A DNA stretch of 63,985 nucleotides, filler included, from Bradymonadales bacterium (lineage in GTDB: Bacteria; Bdellovibrionota; UBA2394), in assembly GCA_007693605.1 (NCBI GenBank). It is 4 parts of 4 records of this genome, joined end to end, with 100 filler letters (N's around TTAATTAATTAA, not from the genome) between each part and the next. Parts side by side here need not be neighbours in the genome. Positions count along the whole stretch, not along the records: positions 1 to 23,869 come from REDG01000032.1; 3 more parts are not named here. One strand, 5' to 3'. The notes below the pieces were generated by a model, which saw only the letters and a program-made list of their open reading frames with translations, had not been told where the DNA came from and did no database searches. Of the stretch, positions 9,746 through 19,609 are shown one piece after another (the first letter of the stretch is position 1; every line of letters starts with the position of its first letter). The position numbers were made by a program, and so were the translations under genes.

Positions 9746-10639
9746 TCACCTTTCAGCACCAGAAATTGCGCTTGGACCTAAGTAGTAAGGCGTCCAGGCG
9801 GCTTGACTCAGACGGTTCCATAAGCTCTCAGCAGACGACTCTAAAAGTCTCTCGACAAAGCCTTTCGGTTTTCGAGACAGATAGGCAAGCTCAGCTTTCT
9901 CAATTCCCGCGAGTTCAACCGCGCGATCGACCGCATCTCGAAAATTACCAATCGAATCCACCACTCCCAGTTCCAAGGCTTCTCGTCCGCTAATGACTCG
10001 AGCATCACTCATATAGTCAATCGCTTCATCCGATAGGTTTCTCGCACTCATTACATCTTCCCGAAACTGCTCAAAGGAGGCATCCACCATCTTCTGAAGA
10101 AAAGCCCTGGCTTCTTCGTCCATTGGCTTCAAGGGGTTGCCCGCATCTTTCAAATCTCCTGACCGTACCGGCATGGGATCGATGTACAGCCGATCCATCA
10201 AGCGAGAGATATTGGTTAAAGGCATCATTACCCCCATCGATCCGGTGATCGTTCCGGGCAGTGAGACAATCTCTGTTCCGGCCACAGCGATATAAAGGCC
10301 CCCGCTCGCGGCCAGATTTCCCATCGATACCACCACAGGCCTTTCGGTCTTTAACTTCAATAACTCAAAATAGATCTCTTGAGAGGCCCCAACGGCTCCG
10401 CCAGGGCTGTCGATTCGAAGCACCAGAGCCTTAAGGTTTTTATGTTCACGAAACTTTTCAATCTGATCCAGAATGGGCAGAGCCTCTCTGATGACGCCCT
10501 CAATCTCAATCACCCCAATCGTCTTTGAAGACCAATCGGGCCCCCTCTTCTGTCCCCAGATCAAATGAAGTGAACTGCAAAAGCTAAGAAAAAAAACAGC
10601 CGCAAGAATCGCGACAACAATCAGAAATCCCTTCTTCAT
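9746..10639 (-). CDS. sppA: Signal peptide peptidase SppA (36K type)
   Basis: LRIDSPGG, SMGNLAASGG, TGSMGV. Confidence 0.94.
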   Translation of the reverse strand: MKKGFLIVVAILAAVFFLSFCSSLHLIWGQKRGPDWSSKTIGVIEIEGVIREALPILDQIEKFREHKNLKALVLRIDSPGGAVGASQEIYFELLKLKTERPVVVSMGNLAASGGLYIAVAGTEIVSLPGTITGSMGVMMPLTNISRLMDRLYIDPMPVRSGDLKDAGNPLKPMDEEARAFLQKMVDASFEQFREDVMSARNLSDEAIDYMSDARVISGREALELGVVDSIGNFRDAVDRAVELAGIEKAELAYLSRKPKGFVERLLESSAESLWNRLSQAAWTPYYLGPSAISGAER

Positions 10640-10700
10640 GCGCTTAGGCTAACAAAAAGAACCACTAGTGGTCCAACAGACTTTCTAACAAAGCCCATGC

Positions 10701-10734
10701 TGCCTCGCGACTCTTCTTTAAAGAGTCGCGGGCA
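10701..10734. terminator. Intergenic hairpin downstream of rpsA
   Basis: CGCGACTCTT-CTTTA-AAGAGTCGCG inverted repeat; no adjacent U tract, so may be a processing/stability hairpin or repeat remnant. Confidence 0.4.
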
Positions 10735-10768
10735 AGGCGCCAAAGCGAGAGAACTCGATGCCGATGTC

Positions 10769-12478
10769 TTAGGACTTCTTAAAGGCGTCGCCAAGACTTG
10801 AAGAGAGAGAGTCCCCACTATCCAGGTACTTTTTCATCTCTTTATCTCGATCGCGCCGCTTCAAAGACTTCATCGACAGAGACAGTTTTCTCTCTCGAGG
10901 GTCAAAAGAGGTGACTTCCACCTCAATCTCTTGACCTTCCTGAAGATAGTCTCGAATGTCTTGCACCTTCTCTTCTGAAATCTCAGAAATATGAACAAGC
11001 CCCTCGACTTCAGGCAAGACCTCCACGAAGGCTCCAAAATCTGCCAATCGAATCACCTTGCCGGTGAATCGAGTGCCCGGACTGCATTGTTTCTCAGCCT
11101 TCTCCCATGGATCTCCTGAAAGCTGTTTCACGCCGAGCGAGAACTTCTCATTCTCGACATCAATATGCAGAACCTTGGCTTTGATCTTTTGCCCGCGCTC
11201 GTAGAGCTCCCCAGGGCTCTTTGACTTCCCAGACCAAGCGAGATCGGAGATGTGAACAAGGCCGTCGATTCCGTCCTCAACACTGACAAAAATTCCGAAA
11301 TCCGTCACATTGGAGACTTCTCCCTCCAACTCTGACCCGACCGGATACTTGTAAACCAGAGCCTCCCAGGGGTTTGGTTCCAACTGCTTGAGGCCAAGCG
11401 AAATTTTCTTGTTCTCTGGATCGAGCTCCAAAACTTTCGCTTTGACGCTTTGCTCTGGCTCCAAAATCTTATTGGGGTGCTTGAGCTTCTTATTCCAGCT
11501 CATCTCTGAAACATGAATCAGACCCTCTACGCCGTCTTCAAGAGAGATAAAGGCTCCATAGTTCGTGATACTGACGACTTTGCCCTCGACAATGCTGCCG
11601 GGAGGGTACTTGTCGTAAACACTCGACCAAGGATCTTCGCCCATTTGCTTCAGACCGAGACTCACTCGCTGTTTTTCAGCATCGTATTTAAGGACCTTTA
11701 CTTGAATGGGATCGCCCACCCGAAAGCTTCGCTGAGGGTTCTCGGCGCGACCCCAAGAAATATCCGTCACATGCAACAGACCGTCAATTCCTCCCAGGTC
11801 AATGAAGACCCCGTAATCGGTTACATTCTTGACAATTCCGTCGACCACTTGACCCTCTTCAAGATTGCTGAGAGTCACTTCTTTCATTTGGCTTCTTTCA
11901 GCCTCAAGGACCGACCGTCGAGATAGAACCACATTCCCTCGGCGCTTGTTAAACTTGATAATCTTGCAGCGAATACTCTGATTCACAAAGGAATCAAGAT
12001 CTCGAGACGGCATCAAGCCAATCTGAGAACCGGGTAAAAAGGCTTTCACGCCAATATCCACCACGAGCCCGCCTCGGACTTTATCGACGACCCGGCCTTC
12101 AATAATATCGCCTCGCTCATAGACCTCGGCCACTTCATCCCAAATCTTTAGCCGGTCGGCTTGAGTTTTCGACAGTTGCAAATAGCCGTCCGAGCCGTCC
12201 AGCGACTCGATATAAACTAGAAGCTCATCACCAGCGGCTACTTGATAGTTTCCGTCAGCATCCCGCTCGAATTCCGCTAGTGGGACAACTCCCTCGGCTT
12301 TAAAATTAATATCAACAAGAACGAATTCGTCCTGCACCCGGAGAACTTTTCCGGGGACAACTTCACCCTCTTTTAGTCTTTTTTCTTTTTCAAAGGCCTC
12401 TTGTAACAAAGCCTCGAAATCTTCACTGCCCTCCATTTGGGCCTCGTGTTCATCTGTTTTCTTTAAGGTCATAAGCAA
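10769..12478 (-). CDS. rpsA: 30S ribosomal protein S1
   Basis: Six S1 repeats (YGVFIDLGGIDGLLHVTDISW etc.). Confidence 0.98.
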   Translation of the reverse strand: MLMTLKKTDEHEAQMEGSEDFEALLQEAFEKEKRLKEGEVVPGKVLRVQDEFVLVDINFKAEGVVPLAEFERDADGNYQVAAGDELLVYIESLDGSDGYLQLSKTQADRLKIWDEVAEVYERGDIIEGRVVDKVRGGLVVDIGVKAFLPGSQIGLMPSRDLDSFVNQSIRCKIIKFNKRRGNVVLSRRSVLEAERSQMKEVTLSNLEEGQVVDGIVKNVTDYGVFIDLGGIDGLLHVTDISWGRAENPQRSFRVGDPIQVKVLKYDAEKQRVSLGLKQMGEDPWSSVYDKYPPGSIVEGKVVSITNYGAFISLEDGVEGLIHVSEMSWNKKLKHPNKILEPEQSVKAKVLELDPENKKISLGLKQLEPNPWEALVYKYPVGSELEGEVSNVTDFGIFVSVEDGIDGLVHISDLAWSGKSKSPGELYERGQKIKAKVLHIDVENEKFSLGVKQLSGDPWEKAEKQCSPGTRFTGKVIRLADFGAFVEVLPEVEGLVHISEISEEKVQDIRDYLQEGQEIEVEVTSFDPRERKLSLSMKSLKRRDRDKEMKKYLDSGDSLSSSLGDAFKKS

Positions 12479-12545
12479 CTGGTATTAACTCTCCTTTCAA
12501 TGAGAATGCCTTTTGCTACCCCAGTCTTCCTAAGGAAGTCAAAGT

Positions 12546-13256
12546 TTAAGAGGTGGCATCTTGCGCCTTATCGGCCTGTATATAAGCTTGAATTCGCTTG
12601 GCCAACCGATCGAAAACCTGATCTTCGTCGAGCCGAGAACTGTCCACCCGAATCGCATCTGAGGCCGGCATCAGGGGACTCGCCTTTCGCCCCTGATCTT
12701 GCTGGTCTCGAATACTCACATCTTTTAGCACATTCTCGAAGCTTGGGGCAGCCTTTCCCATCTTCTCCAGCAGCTCCCGGTGTCTCCGCTGAGCGCGCTC
12801 CTCTGCAGAAGCCGTCAAAAAGAACTTTAGGTCGGCCTCAGGAAAGATCACCGTTCCTGCATCGCGACCCTCTAGAACCCCCCCTTTTTGACGACCACTG
12901 GCTTGTTGCTTTCGAACCAATAAGCTTCGAAGCTCTGCCCACTGCGCAATTTTGCTTGAAGCCATCGACACCTCAGGGCTTCGAATCTCGTCGCCCGCAA
13001 CAACAAACTCCCCACCCGACTCAGAAACGGCCGTAAAATAATCGCCATCCTGAAATCGAAACTCGAACTCCAGTCTCTCAGCAATCTCCACCAGAGCGGG
13101 AATGTCTTCTAAGGACTTCCCTAACTGAATGGCTCGATAGGCCACCGACCGATACATAGCGCCGGTATCAATATAAGGAAGACAGAAGTACCTCGCCAAG
13201 CGTTTGGCCACCGTGCTCTTGCCACTGCCTGCGGGCCCGTCAATTGTAATAATCAT
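12546..13256 (-). CDS. cmk: Cytidylate kinase
   Basis: ITIDGPAGSGKST, DTGAMYR, EGRDAGTVIFP; ATG at 13256 overlaps the accA stop. Confidence 0.97.
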   Translation of the reverse strand: MIITIDGPAGSGKSTVAKRLARYFCLPYIDTGAMYRSVAYRAIQLGKSLEDIPALVEIAERLEFEFRFQDGDYFTAVSESGGEFVVAGDEIRSPEVSMASSKIAQWAELRSLLVRKQQASGRQKGGVLEGRDAGTVIFPEADLKFFLTASAEERAQRRHRELLEKMGKAAPSFENVLKDVSIRDQQDQGRKASPLMPASDAIRVDSSRLDEDQVFDRLAKRIQAYIQADKAQDATS

Positions 13257-14245
13257 GCCGATTGCCCCAGTTTGGGCTTTCTTTCCTCTCCAAAACAACC
13301 AATTGCCCGATACTTTTGAAAGCGAGACTCTAAAATCTCTTCAAGGGGGCTCGTCTTCAGCTGCGAAAGCTCTTTGACAAGAGCCTCTTTCAATGCCTTT
13401 GCCGCCTGAATGGGGTGCCGGTGCGCCCCCCCGAGAGGCTCCTTGATCAGATAATCGCAAAGGCCTTGGGCCTGTAAATCTTCTGCGGTGAGTTTTAGGG
13501 CCTCGGCGGCATCTTCCGTAAAGCGAGGGTCTTTCCAGGTAATGGCCGCACAGCCCTCGGGCGAAATCACGCTATAAGTCGAGTACTGCATCATCAACAA
13601 GCGATTGCAAACCGCAATGGCAAGGGCGCCGCCACTTCCGCCCTCTCCCGTAACCACGCTTAAAATTGGAACTTTCAGGGAGGCCATTCGAAGAATATTT
13701 TGTGCGATGGCCTCTGATTGACCTCGCTCCTCAGCGTCCATGCCCGGGTAGGCGCCGGGAGTATCCACAAAGGTCAAAAGAGGTAGCGACCAGTGTTCAG
13801 CCAGCTCAAACAATCGCAGAGCCTTTCGATAACCTTCTGGTCTCGGCATTCCAAAGTTTCGATGAACATTCTCAGAGGTGCTGCGCCCCTTCTGATGTCC
13901 AACAATCATCACGGACTGCCCCTCCAAACTGGCCAGACCTCCGACCAAAGCGGGATCGTCCCGAAACTTTCGGTCGCCTTTCAACTCAATGAATTCATCA
14001 AAAATCAAGCCGACATATTCCAAGAAGTTAGGACGATCGGGATGCCGCGAAATCTGAATCTTTTGATAGGCGGTTAACTTCTTGGTGTTCGCCTCCAAAA
14101 AGGACTGCGCTTTCGACTCGAGTCTTCTGATCTCTGAGCTGATGTCCACCGATGAGTCGAGCTTCAAATCCTTGAGCCTCTGAATCTCTTCATCCAGAGA
14201 GGCCAAGTCTTTTTCAAACTCCAAATACCGTCTCTTCTTCTCCAC
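13253..14245 (-). CDS. accA: Acetyl-CoA carboxylase carboxyltransferase alpha subunit
   Basis: RHPDRP, NFGMPRPEGYRKA, DTPGAYPG, GEGGSGGALA. Confidence 0.98.
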   Translation of the reverse strand: MEKKRRYLEFEKDLASLDEEIQRLKDLKLDSSVDISSEIRRLESKAQSFLEANTKKLTAYQKIQISRHPDRPNFLEYVGLIFDEFIELKGDRKFRDDPALVGGLASLEGQSVMIVGHQKGRSTSENVHRNFGMPRPEGYRKALRLFELAEHWSLPLLTFVDTPGAYPGMDAEERGQSEAIAQNILRMASLKVPILSVVTGEGGSGGALAIAVCNRLLMMQYSTYSVISPEGCAAITWKDPRFTEDAAEALKLTAEDLQAQGLCDYLIKEPLGGAHRHPIQAAKALKEALVKELSQLKTSPLEEILESRFQKYRAIGCFGEERKPKLGQSA

Positions 14246-14284
14246 AGCTCATCCTTATAGCGAGTGAGCCGCCTTCTGCAAAGT

Positions 14285-14450
14285 GGGGAGTGTCGCTAAA
14301 GGCCCATCTGCCCCTTCATTCATGTCGACCTACGGTCGACTACATGAGGATGGCTGCTTCGTTTCTTGCCCGCGTTGCAGTGGCGGCTTCGTCGCTCCGC
14401 TGCTCGCAACCTCATATTCTTCTAGTCTGGCACTTTCGTCTCCCGACCCC
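14285..14450. repeat. Composite REP/MITE-like element (family B start, family A 29-mer end)
   Basis: GGGGAGTGTCGCTAAAGGCCCATCTGC, GTCGACCTACGGTCGAC hairpin, 29-mer at 14422-14450. Confidence 0.8.
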
Positions 14451-14453
14451 GAC

Positions 14454-16235
14454 CTAAGTGCGGTGGAAGAAGCGCCCAAGCTCGGAGGCCTTCAACTCAA
14501 TGAAGGTCGGCCTTCCGTGGGGGCAATGCCCAAGGGCGTCTTCAGAATCAAACTGCCTCAAAAGCCTCTCGGCTTCTTGGTTAGAGATCGGATCTTTAGC
14601 CCGAATCGCCGAATGGCAGGCCATGGTGGCCAACAGATCCCGAAGCAGACTCTCCTTTCCAGCCGCCATCATGTCGAGAAGCTCTGGAAGCAGCTTCTCC
14701 GGCTGTCGCTTTAAAAGACTCGGCACGGCCAAAACTTGTAAACCGGAATTCCCCCACTCCCTGAGCTCAAAACCTAGATCTTCAAGATCTTTCTCCTTTT
14801 CCATCCAGTCTCCTGAATCCAAAATCGAGATTTGAATCGGAAACAGAAGTCTCTGAGATTGCAGCTTCCCCTTCTCTTGATGCTCCTTCCAAAGTGCTTC
14901 GTACAATATCCTTTCGTGCAAGGCGTGTTGATCAAACAGAAAAAGTCTCTCTTGCTTTCTTGCTAAAAGATAAGTGCAGTCAATGGCGGCCAAGTACTCG
15001 AAACATTCAGGCAGAGCAAAGCTGGCGATTTCTGTCTGAGTCCAGGCCTGGGTCTGTGCAAGCGACAGAGCCTCGCCTGCAGGAGTGGGGGAAGTCGACT
15101 CCGCTGAAAGGAAGCCCCTAGCTGATTTTGAAGAAGAGGGCTCTCCCCATGAACTGGAAGCCAATGACTCGCTTGAAGCTGAACTCGAAGAGATCGCAGA
15201 GAAGTTCTCTTCCCTTCGGAGCCCGCTGGAGGTTTCAGCCTGATGATCTGAGTGGAGGTTTGAGAGCGAGGCGCGAAGGCTGTGAACGATCAAGGAAAAG
15301 ACCCGATCGGCGTCCACAAAACGAACTTCGGCCTTGGTCGGGTGAACATTGACATCAAAGTCAGCAGCCGGCCCCTCTAGAAACAAAGCCCCCACCGCCC
15401 ACTGAGGATGCTCAGTATAACCCTCATAGGCTCTTCGCACTGCAAATTCGAGACGACGATCCTCGATCGGACGACGGTTCAAAAAAATCTGAAGGCTTTG
15501 CCGAGAGGCCTTTAGATATCTGGGCTTCAGAGCCACAAAGACCAGCGACCAATCGCGATCTTGGCCTTCGGCTTGCCACCAATAGGACTCTTGATTGGCA
15601 TCAAAAAACCAGAGCACCCGATCCCACAAGGAGCTGGCGGCCACAAAGACTTCGCGCTTTCGGTCAGGGTCCTGGTAGGACCATGTGATTTCAGGATGCG
15701 CCAGGGCATAACGACGAAAGCACTGCAGCAATCGCCGAGATTCGGCACTGGCAGACTTCAGAAATTTTTGTCTTACAGGAAGGTTCTGAAACAAATGCAC
15801 AACCTGCACTTCAGTACCAGACCTGCGCTCACAAACTTCAATGGGCGTCTGCTTGCCAAAAAAGTTCTTCAGTCGAAATCCAAGCTCTGAGGCCCTGGGC
15901 GTCGTCCAAATCTCGAGTTCTGAGATGTGCGCCAAGACCCCCATGGCTTCGCCCCGAAAGCCCATACTGCTTAAACTCTCAAAATCGCTCATGGCTTGGA
16001 GCTTTGAAGTCGCGTGAGCTTCACAAACCAAGGGCAGATCCCCTTCAGAAATTCCCAGCCCGTCATCACTAACGCAGAGCCTCAGAAGCCCAGCTCCTTC
16101 GCTTTGCACCTTGATCTCCCGCGCGTCTGCATCGATACTATTCTCTAAGAGTTCTTTCAGAACAGAGGCAGGCCGCTCGATCACTTCGCCGGCTGCAATT
16201 TGTTGAATGAGAGCTGGTGAAAGTTTGCGAATCAT
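14454..16235 (-). CDS. mutL: DNA mismatch repair endonuclease MutL
   Basis: IAAGEVIERPASVLKELLENSIDA, GFRGEA, DVNVHPTK, DQHALHERILYE, CPHGRP. Confidence 0.98.
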   Translation of the reverse strand: MIRKLSPALIQQIAAGEVIERPASVLKELLENSIDADAREIKVQSEGAGLLRLCVSDDGLGISEGDLPLVCEAHATSKLQAMSDFESLSSMGFRGEAMGVLAHISELEIWTTPRASELGFRLKNFFGKQTPIEVCERRSGTEVQVVHLFQNLPVRQKFLKSASAESRRLLQCFRRYALAHPEITWSYQDPDRKREVFVAASSLWDRVLWFFDANQESYWWQAEGQDRDWSLVFVALKPRYLKASRQSLQIFLNRRPIEDRRLEFAVRRAYEGYTEHPQWAVGALFLEGPAADFDVNVHPTKAEVRFVDADRVFSLIVHSLRASLSNLHSDHQAETSSGLRREENFSAISSSSASSESLASSSWGEPSSSKSARGFLSAESTSPTPAGEALSLAQTQAWTQTEIASFALPECFEYLAAIDCTYLLARKQERLFLFDQHALHERILYEALWKEHQEKGKLQSQRLLFPIQISILDSGDWMEKEKDLEDLGFELREWGNSGLQVLAVPSLLKRQPEKLLPELLDMMAAGKESLLRDLLATMACHSAIRAKDPISNQEAERLLRQFDSEDALGHCPHGRPTFIELKASELGRFFHRT

Positions 16236-16284
16236 TTCCCCTTGGAATTAGCGGAAACAAAGCCCCCCTGACAATGAGAAGATC

Positions 16285-17304
16285 ATGACGGAAACAACAA
16301 ACTCTACACTCATTCCACTCAGCCCCAGCGCTGAGAAAATTGTGGTCGTGGGCGCCCATACCCAGCTGGGCGAACAGATTATTCAGGAACTTGAAAAACG
16401 ACCAGAGGTCAAAGAGTACTGGGTCGTTGACCTTCATAGCCCGAAGAAAAGAGCCTATCAAAAGCTGCGATTCATTCAACTCGACTTAATCGCCCCCGGG
16501 GCCGATGCCACCCTGGCCGAAGAACTGAAAAAGATTGGAGCCAGCTGCATCTTGCATACCGCGCTGAAAAACAACCCCAGTCTCAACTGGGTCTATGCTC
16601 ACGAGTTAGAAGTCATTGGCACCCTCAACCTCGTGAGCGCCGCAAAAGCCGCTCAGGTCAAAAAATTTATTTTGTGTTCCACCACTGCGGTTTACGGAGC
16701 TTCTCCGAAGAATCCAAATTATTTAACGGAGTCGCATCCCGTTTGTGAGAAAGCCTGTTCGTACTTCGTAAAAGACAAAATCGAAGCCGAGAAACAAGTT
16801 TTGAAGATTTTGAATGAGGCGCCTCAAATCACGGTAACACTTCTGCGCTTCTGCTTAATTGTAGGCCCTCGCTCTCACAACTATTTCACCGAACTCTTTC
16901 GTCGAAGTGTGGTGCCCACTCTCTTGGGCTACGACCCCTTGATGCAGTTCATCCACGAACGAGACGCCATTCGGGCTCTAAAATTGGTTCTGTACGGAGA
17001 TCATCCTGGTGTTTTTAATATTGTCGGCCGAGGAGTCATTCCGTTGAGTTATGCCCTTCGAAAAGCGGGCAAGTGGAGTCTGCCCTTGTGGCCGGCTCTC
17101 GCTTACCCGAGCATCCAAAGCCTATGGAACTTACAGATGGTGTCGGTGCCAGCTCGGCTTTTAGATTTCTTTCGCTACAGCTGGGTGGCGGATGGGAGCA
17201 AGGCCTCAGAGGTTTTGGGTTTTGAGGCCAAGAGATCTTCGAAGGATGCCTTTTTAGAGTTTGCCAAATCGGAACGCATTGAAAGGATGTCATTGTCGGC
17301 ATGA
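16285..17304 (+). CDS. NAD-dependent epimerase/dehydratase (extended SDR)
   Basis: Rossmann start, STTAVYGA, Y...K, MQFIHERDA. Confidence 0.85.
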   Translation: MTETTNSTLIPLSPSAEKIVVVGAHTQLGEQIIQELEKRPEVKEYWVVDLHSPKKRAYQKLRFIQLDLIAPGADATLAEELKKIGASCILHTALKNNPSLNWVYAHELEVIGTLNLVSAAKAAQVKKFILCSTTAVYGASPKNPNYLTESHPVCEKACSYFVKDKIEAEKQVLKILNEAPQITVTLLRFCLIVGPRSHNYFTELFRRSVVPTLLGYDPLMQFIHERDAIRALKLVLYGDHPGVFNIVGRGVIPLSYALRKAGKWSLPLWPALAYPSIQSLWNLQMVSVPARLLDFFRYSWVADGSKASEVLGFEAKRSSKDAFLEFAKSERIERMSLSA

Positions 17305-18509
17305 AGTCCACCCCCGAAGAATCAAACGAGCCGACAAGAAAGAAGAAGGTGATTTCAATGGAAGCCCGTCTGCAAGTCAAAGATCAACGCCTCACCGAAG
17401 AATCTTCTCCTGAAGAAGTCAAAGTGCCGGAGGCGCAGGCGGAACTGGAGCCTACAGGATCACGATCGGCTGCAGAGGAAGCCAGCCCCCATCAAGAAGA
17501 CTTCGACGAAACGAAGCGAATTCTCGACCAACTCGGGAAAGAGCTCGATGAGTTTCATGCCCGACCTCGTGACTATGATCGCAAGAGACTTGAAGGGGTG
17601 ATGAGAGAGTTTATTCACCAGCTGAAAGTTATTTTGGCCGATACGGGCGCCCTTGCTCGAATTCAAGAGGCCTTGGAAGCCGAGAGTTCTGGGCTGCGAT
17701 CCTTTTTTCAAAAGTTGCCAAAGATCTTTCGTGCTGGCGATGTCGACGATTGGGGCCTAGACCGTGAGTTTGAGCTGGCCATCAAGCCCTTCTTTGACTT
17801 CATGTACTACAAGTACTTTCGAGTGCAGGTGGAGGGAGTTCAAAACATCCCTCATGAGGGTCGATGCCTTTTGGTTGCAAATCACGGAGGCGTGATTGCC
17901 TGGGATGGAGCCATGCTGAAGTTGGCTCTCTTTGACGAGCACCCGGCTCGAAGAGAGCTTCGATTTTTGGTGGATGACTTTGTTTTTTATTTTCCCTTCA
18001 TGGGCAGTCTGATGAACCGCATTGGAGGAGTACGAGCCTGCCCTGAAAACGCTGAAAGACTCTTGCGACAGGGGGAAGTGGTGGCCGTCTTTCCGGAGGG
18101 CATTAAGGGGATTTCAAAACTATTCAAAGACCGCTATCGGGTCGAACGCTTTGGCAGAGGTGGGGTTATTCGGCTCGCCATGAAAACAAAATCGCCTATT
18201 GTGCCGGTGGCCGTTGTTGGAGCAGAAGAAACCTACCCTCTTTTGTTTAAGAGTCATGTTTTGGCGCGACCCCTGGGTCTTCCCTTCATTCCGTTTACTC
18301 CCCTCTTTCCTTGGTTGGGGCCGTTTGGATGTCTTCCTTTGCCGACGAAATGGAGTATCCGATTTGGACCCATTCAGTCCTTTTCTCAATTTTCAAGCAA
18401 AGACTTGAACGACGGAATTCTGGTCAACCAAGAGACCGAAAAGTTGAGAGAGCTGATTCAAAAGATGCTCCAAGACAAACTCATCACCCGAGACTCCGTC
18501 TTCTTCTAA
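17301..18509 (+). CDS. Lysophospholipid/glycerolipid acyltransferase family protein
   Basis: LLVANHGG...DG, VFPEG, PIVPVAVVGAEE motifs. Confidence 0.9.
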   Translation: MKSTPEESNEPTRKKKVISMEARLQVKDQRLTEESSPEEVKVPEAQAELEPTGSRSAAEEASPHQEDFDETKRILDQLGKELDEFHARPRDYDRKRLEGVMREFIHQLKVILADTGALARIQEALEAESSGLRSFFQKLPKIFRAGDVDDWGLDREFELAIKPFFDFMYYKYFRVQVEGVQNIPHEGRCLLVANHGGVIAWDGAMLKLALFDEHPARRELRFLVDDFVFYFPFMGSLMNRIGGVRACPENAERLLRQGEVVAVFPEGIKGISKLFKDRYRVERFGRGGVIRLAMKTKSPIVPVAVVGAEETYPLLFKSHVLARPLGLPFIPFTPLFPWLGPFGCLPLPTKWSIRFGPIQSFSQFSSKDLNDGILVNQETEKLRELIQKMLQDKLITRDSVFF

Positions 18510-18610
18510 CTCGGGGTCGGGAGACGAAAGTGCCAGACTAGCATCGGCCAACAGATGGGCCTTTAGCGCTTCCTGTAACTCGGGGTCGGGAGACGAAAGT
18601 GCCAGACTAG
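18507..18610 (+). repeat. Tandem pair of family A repeats separated by an inverted family B motif
   Basis: TAACTCGGGGTCGGGAGACGAAAGTGCCAGACTAG at 18507-18541 and 18576-18610. Confidence 0.9.
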
Positions 18611-18649
18611 CCAAGCAGCTGAACTTTTTGCGCTTCCTGGGGACTGGCG

Positions 18650-18952
18650 CTAAGGTTGAAAGAGAAACGCAAAAGGACTCGCCCACAATCGAAAAGCCGC
18701 TGTCACGAAAACCCCGCCCAAGATGAACTTTGAACTCGCCATGCCAGCCAATAGCAAAAGTCCTGAAGCATAAGAGAATCGGCGATCGGTCTTCTCGGTC
18801 CAACTGAAACGATTCTTCAGCCAAAAGTAGGGCCCCACCCATTGAGCAAAGGCCAAGGGCGACCGCAAAGAAAACAAACTGAGACCCAGAAGCAAACTGC
18901 TCCAAGCCAAGAGCATCGAGAGCACTAAAATTGAATAGCCCGTGTGAAACAT
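18650..18952 (-). CDS. Small hypothetical membrane protein
   Basis: Several hydrophobic segments; ATG after a GGGG SD-like run. Confidence 0.55.
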   Translation of the reverse strand: MFHTGYSILVLSMLLAWSSLLLGLSLFSLRSPLAFAQWVGPYFWLKNRFSWTEKTDRRFSYASGLLLLAGMASSKFILGGVFVTAAFRLWASPFAFLFQP

Positions 18953-19102
18953 GAGAACCCCCTGATTTTATCCTATTTTTGGGACTGGGGTCTTGATCAA
19001 TTCTCGATCAGCTTTTGAGCGCTTTGAGTGCCTTTATCTTGGCTTCATTTGGGCCGAGAAAAACTTGCAGGCTTATACAGGTTTACATAAACTTTCTATG
19101 TC

Positions 19103-19609
19103 GTGTGGAAATCTTGGCTTATTGGAAGCAATTGGAAGAGGACCTTGGTTCGAGCCCTCATTTTGGGTCTTGGCGCCTTTGTTTTCTTCCGAATGCTTTT
19201 GAGCCCGATTCACTACCAGGCGGAGGCCATGAGTCCGAGCATTGAGAAGGGGCAGATGATTTGGGTGAATCGGATGCAGTATTTTCGATCGGAACCCGCC
19301 CGTGGCGATGTGGTCGCGATTCGGCTGGCCGGTGACTCTGTTATTCGGGTCGCCCGCGTGATTGCTTTAGAGGGAGAAGTGGTCGAACTCCGAGACGGAA
19401 GAATTTTTGTAAATGACTCGGCGGCTGAGCTTGAAGACTTTCAGCTACCCCACGAAATGATCGAGACAGGCTACCGAAGCGAAGTGGTGGCGCCTGGGCA
19501 ACTGTTCGTTCTGGGAGACAATCGAAGGATGAGCCTGATGGAACTTCATACTCAAGGCGCGATGGGGCGTGTCGACCGCTCTCGAGTGATTGGAAAGGTG
19601 TTGCACTAG
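19103..19609 (+). CDS. Signal peptidase I (S26) homolog lacking the catalytic Ser/Lys
   Basis: TM anchor, RGDVV, GDNRRMS boxes; box B reads AEAMSPS and box D reads VARV. Confidence 0.85.
   Translation: MWKSWLIGSNWKRTLVRALILGLGAFVFFRMLLSPIHYQAEAMSPSIEKGQMIWVNRMQYFRSEPARGDVVAIRLAGDSVIRVARVIALEGEVVELRDGRIFVNDSAAELEDFQLPHEMIETGYRSEVVAPGQLFVLGDNRRMSLMELHTQGAMGRVDRSRVIGKVLH

Noticed and set aside
8949..12478. Absence of ihfB from the rpsA-sppA-HIT-lapA cluster
   Set aside because: Ordinary synteny variation; cannot be evaluated without the rest of the genome
14283..14714. ORFs sharing the peptide SLALSSPDP (also 18393-18905)
   Set aside because: The shared peptide is just the translation of the family A 29-mer
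18507..18610. Two 35-bp direct repeats with a 34-nt spacer resembling a mini CRISPR array
   Set aside because: Only two units, the spacer is itself a family B repeat motif, the repeat is dispersed elsewhere in both orientations, and there are no cas genes
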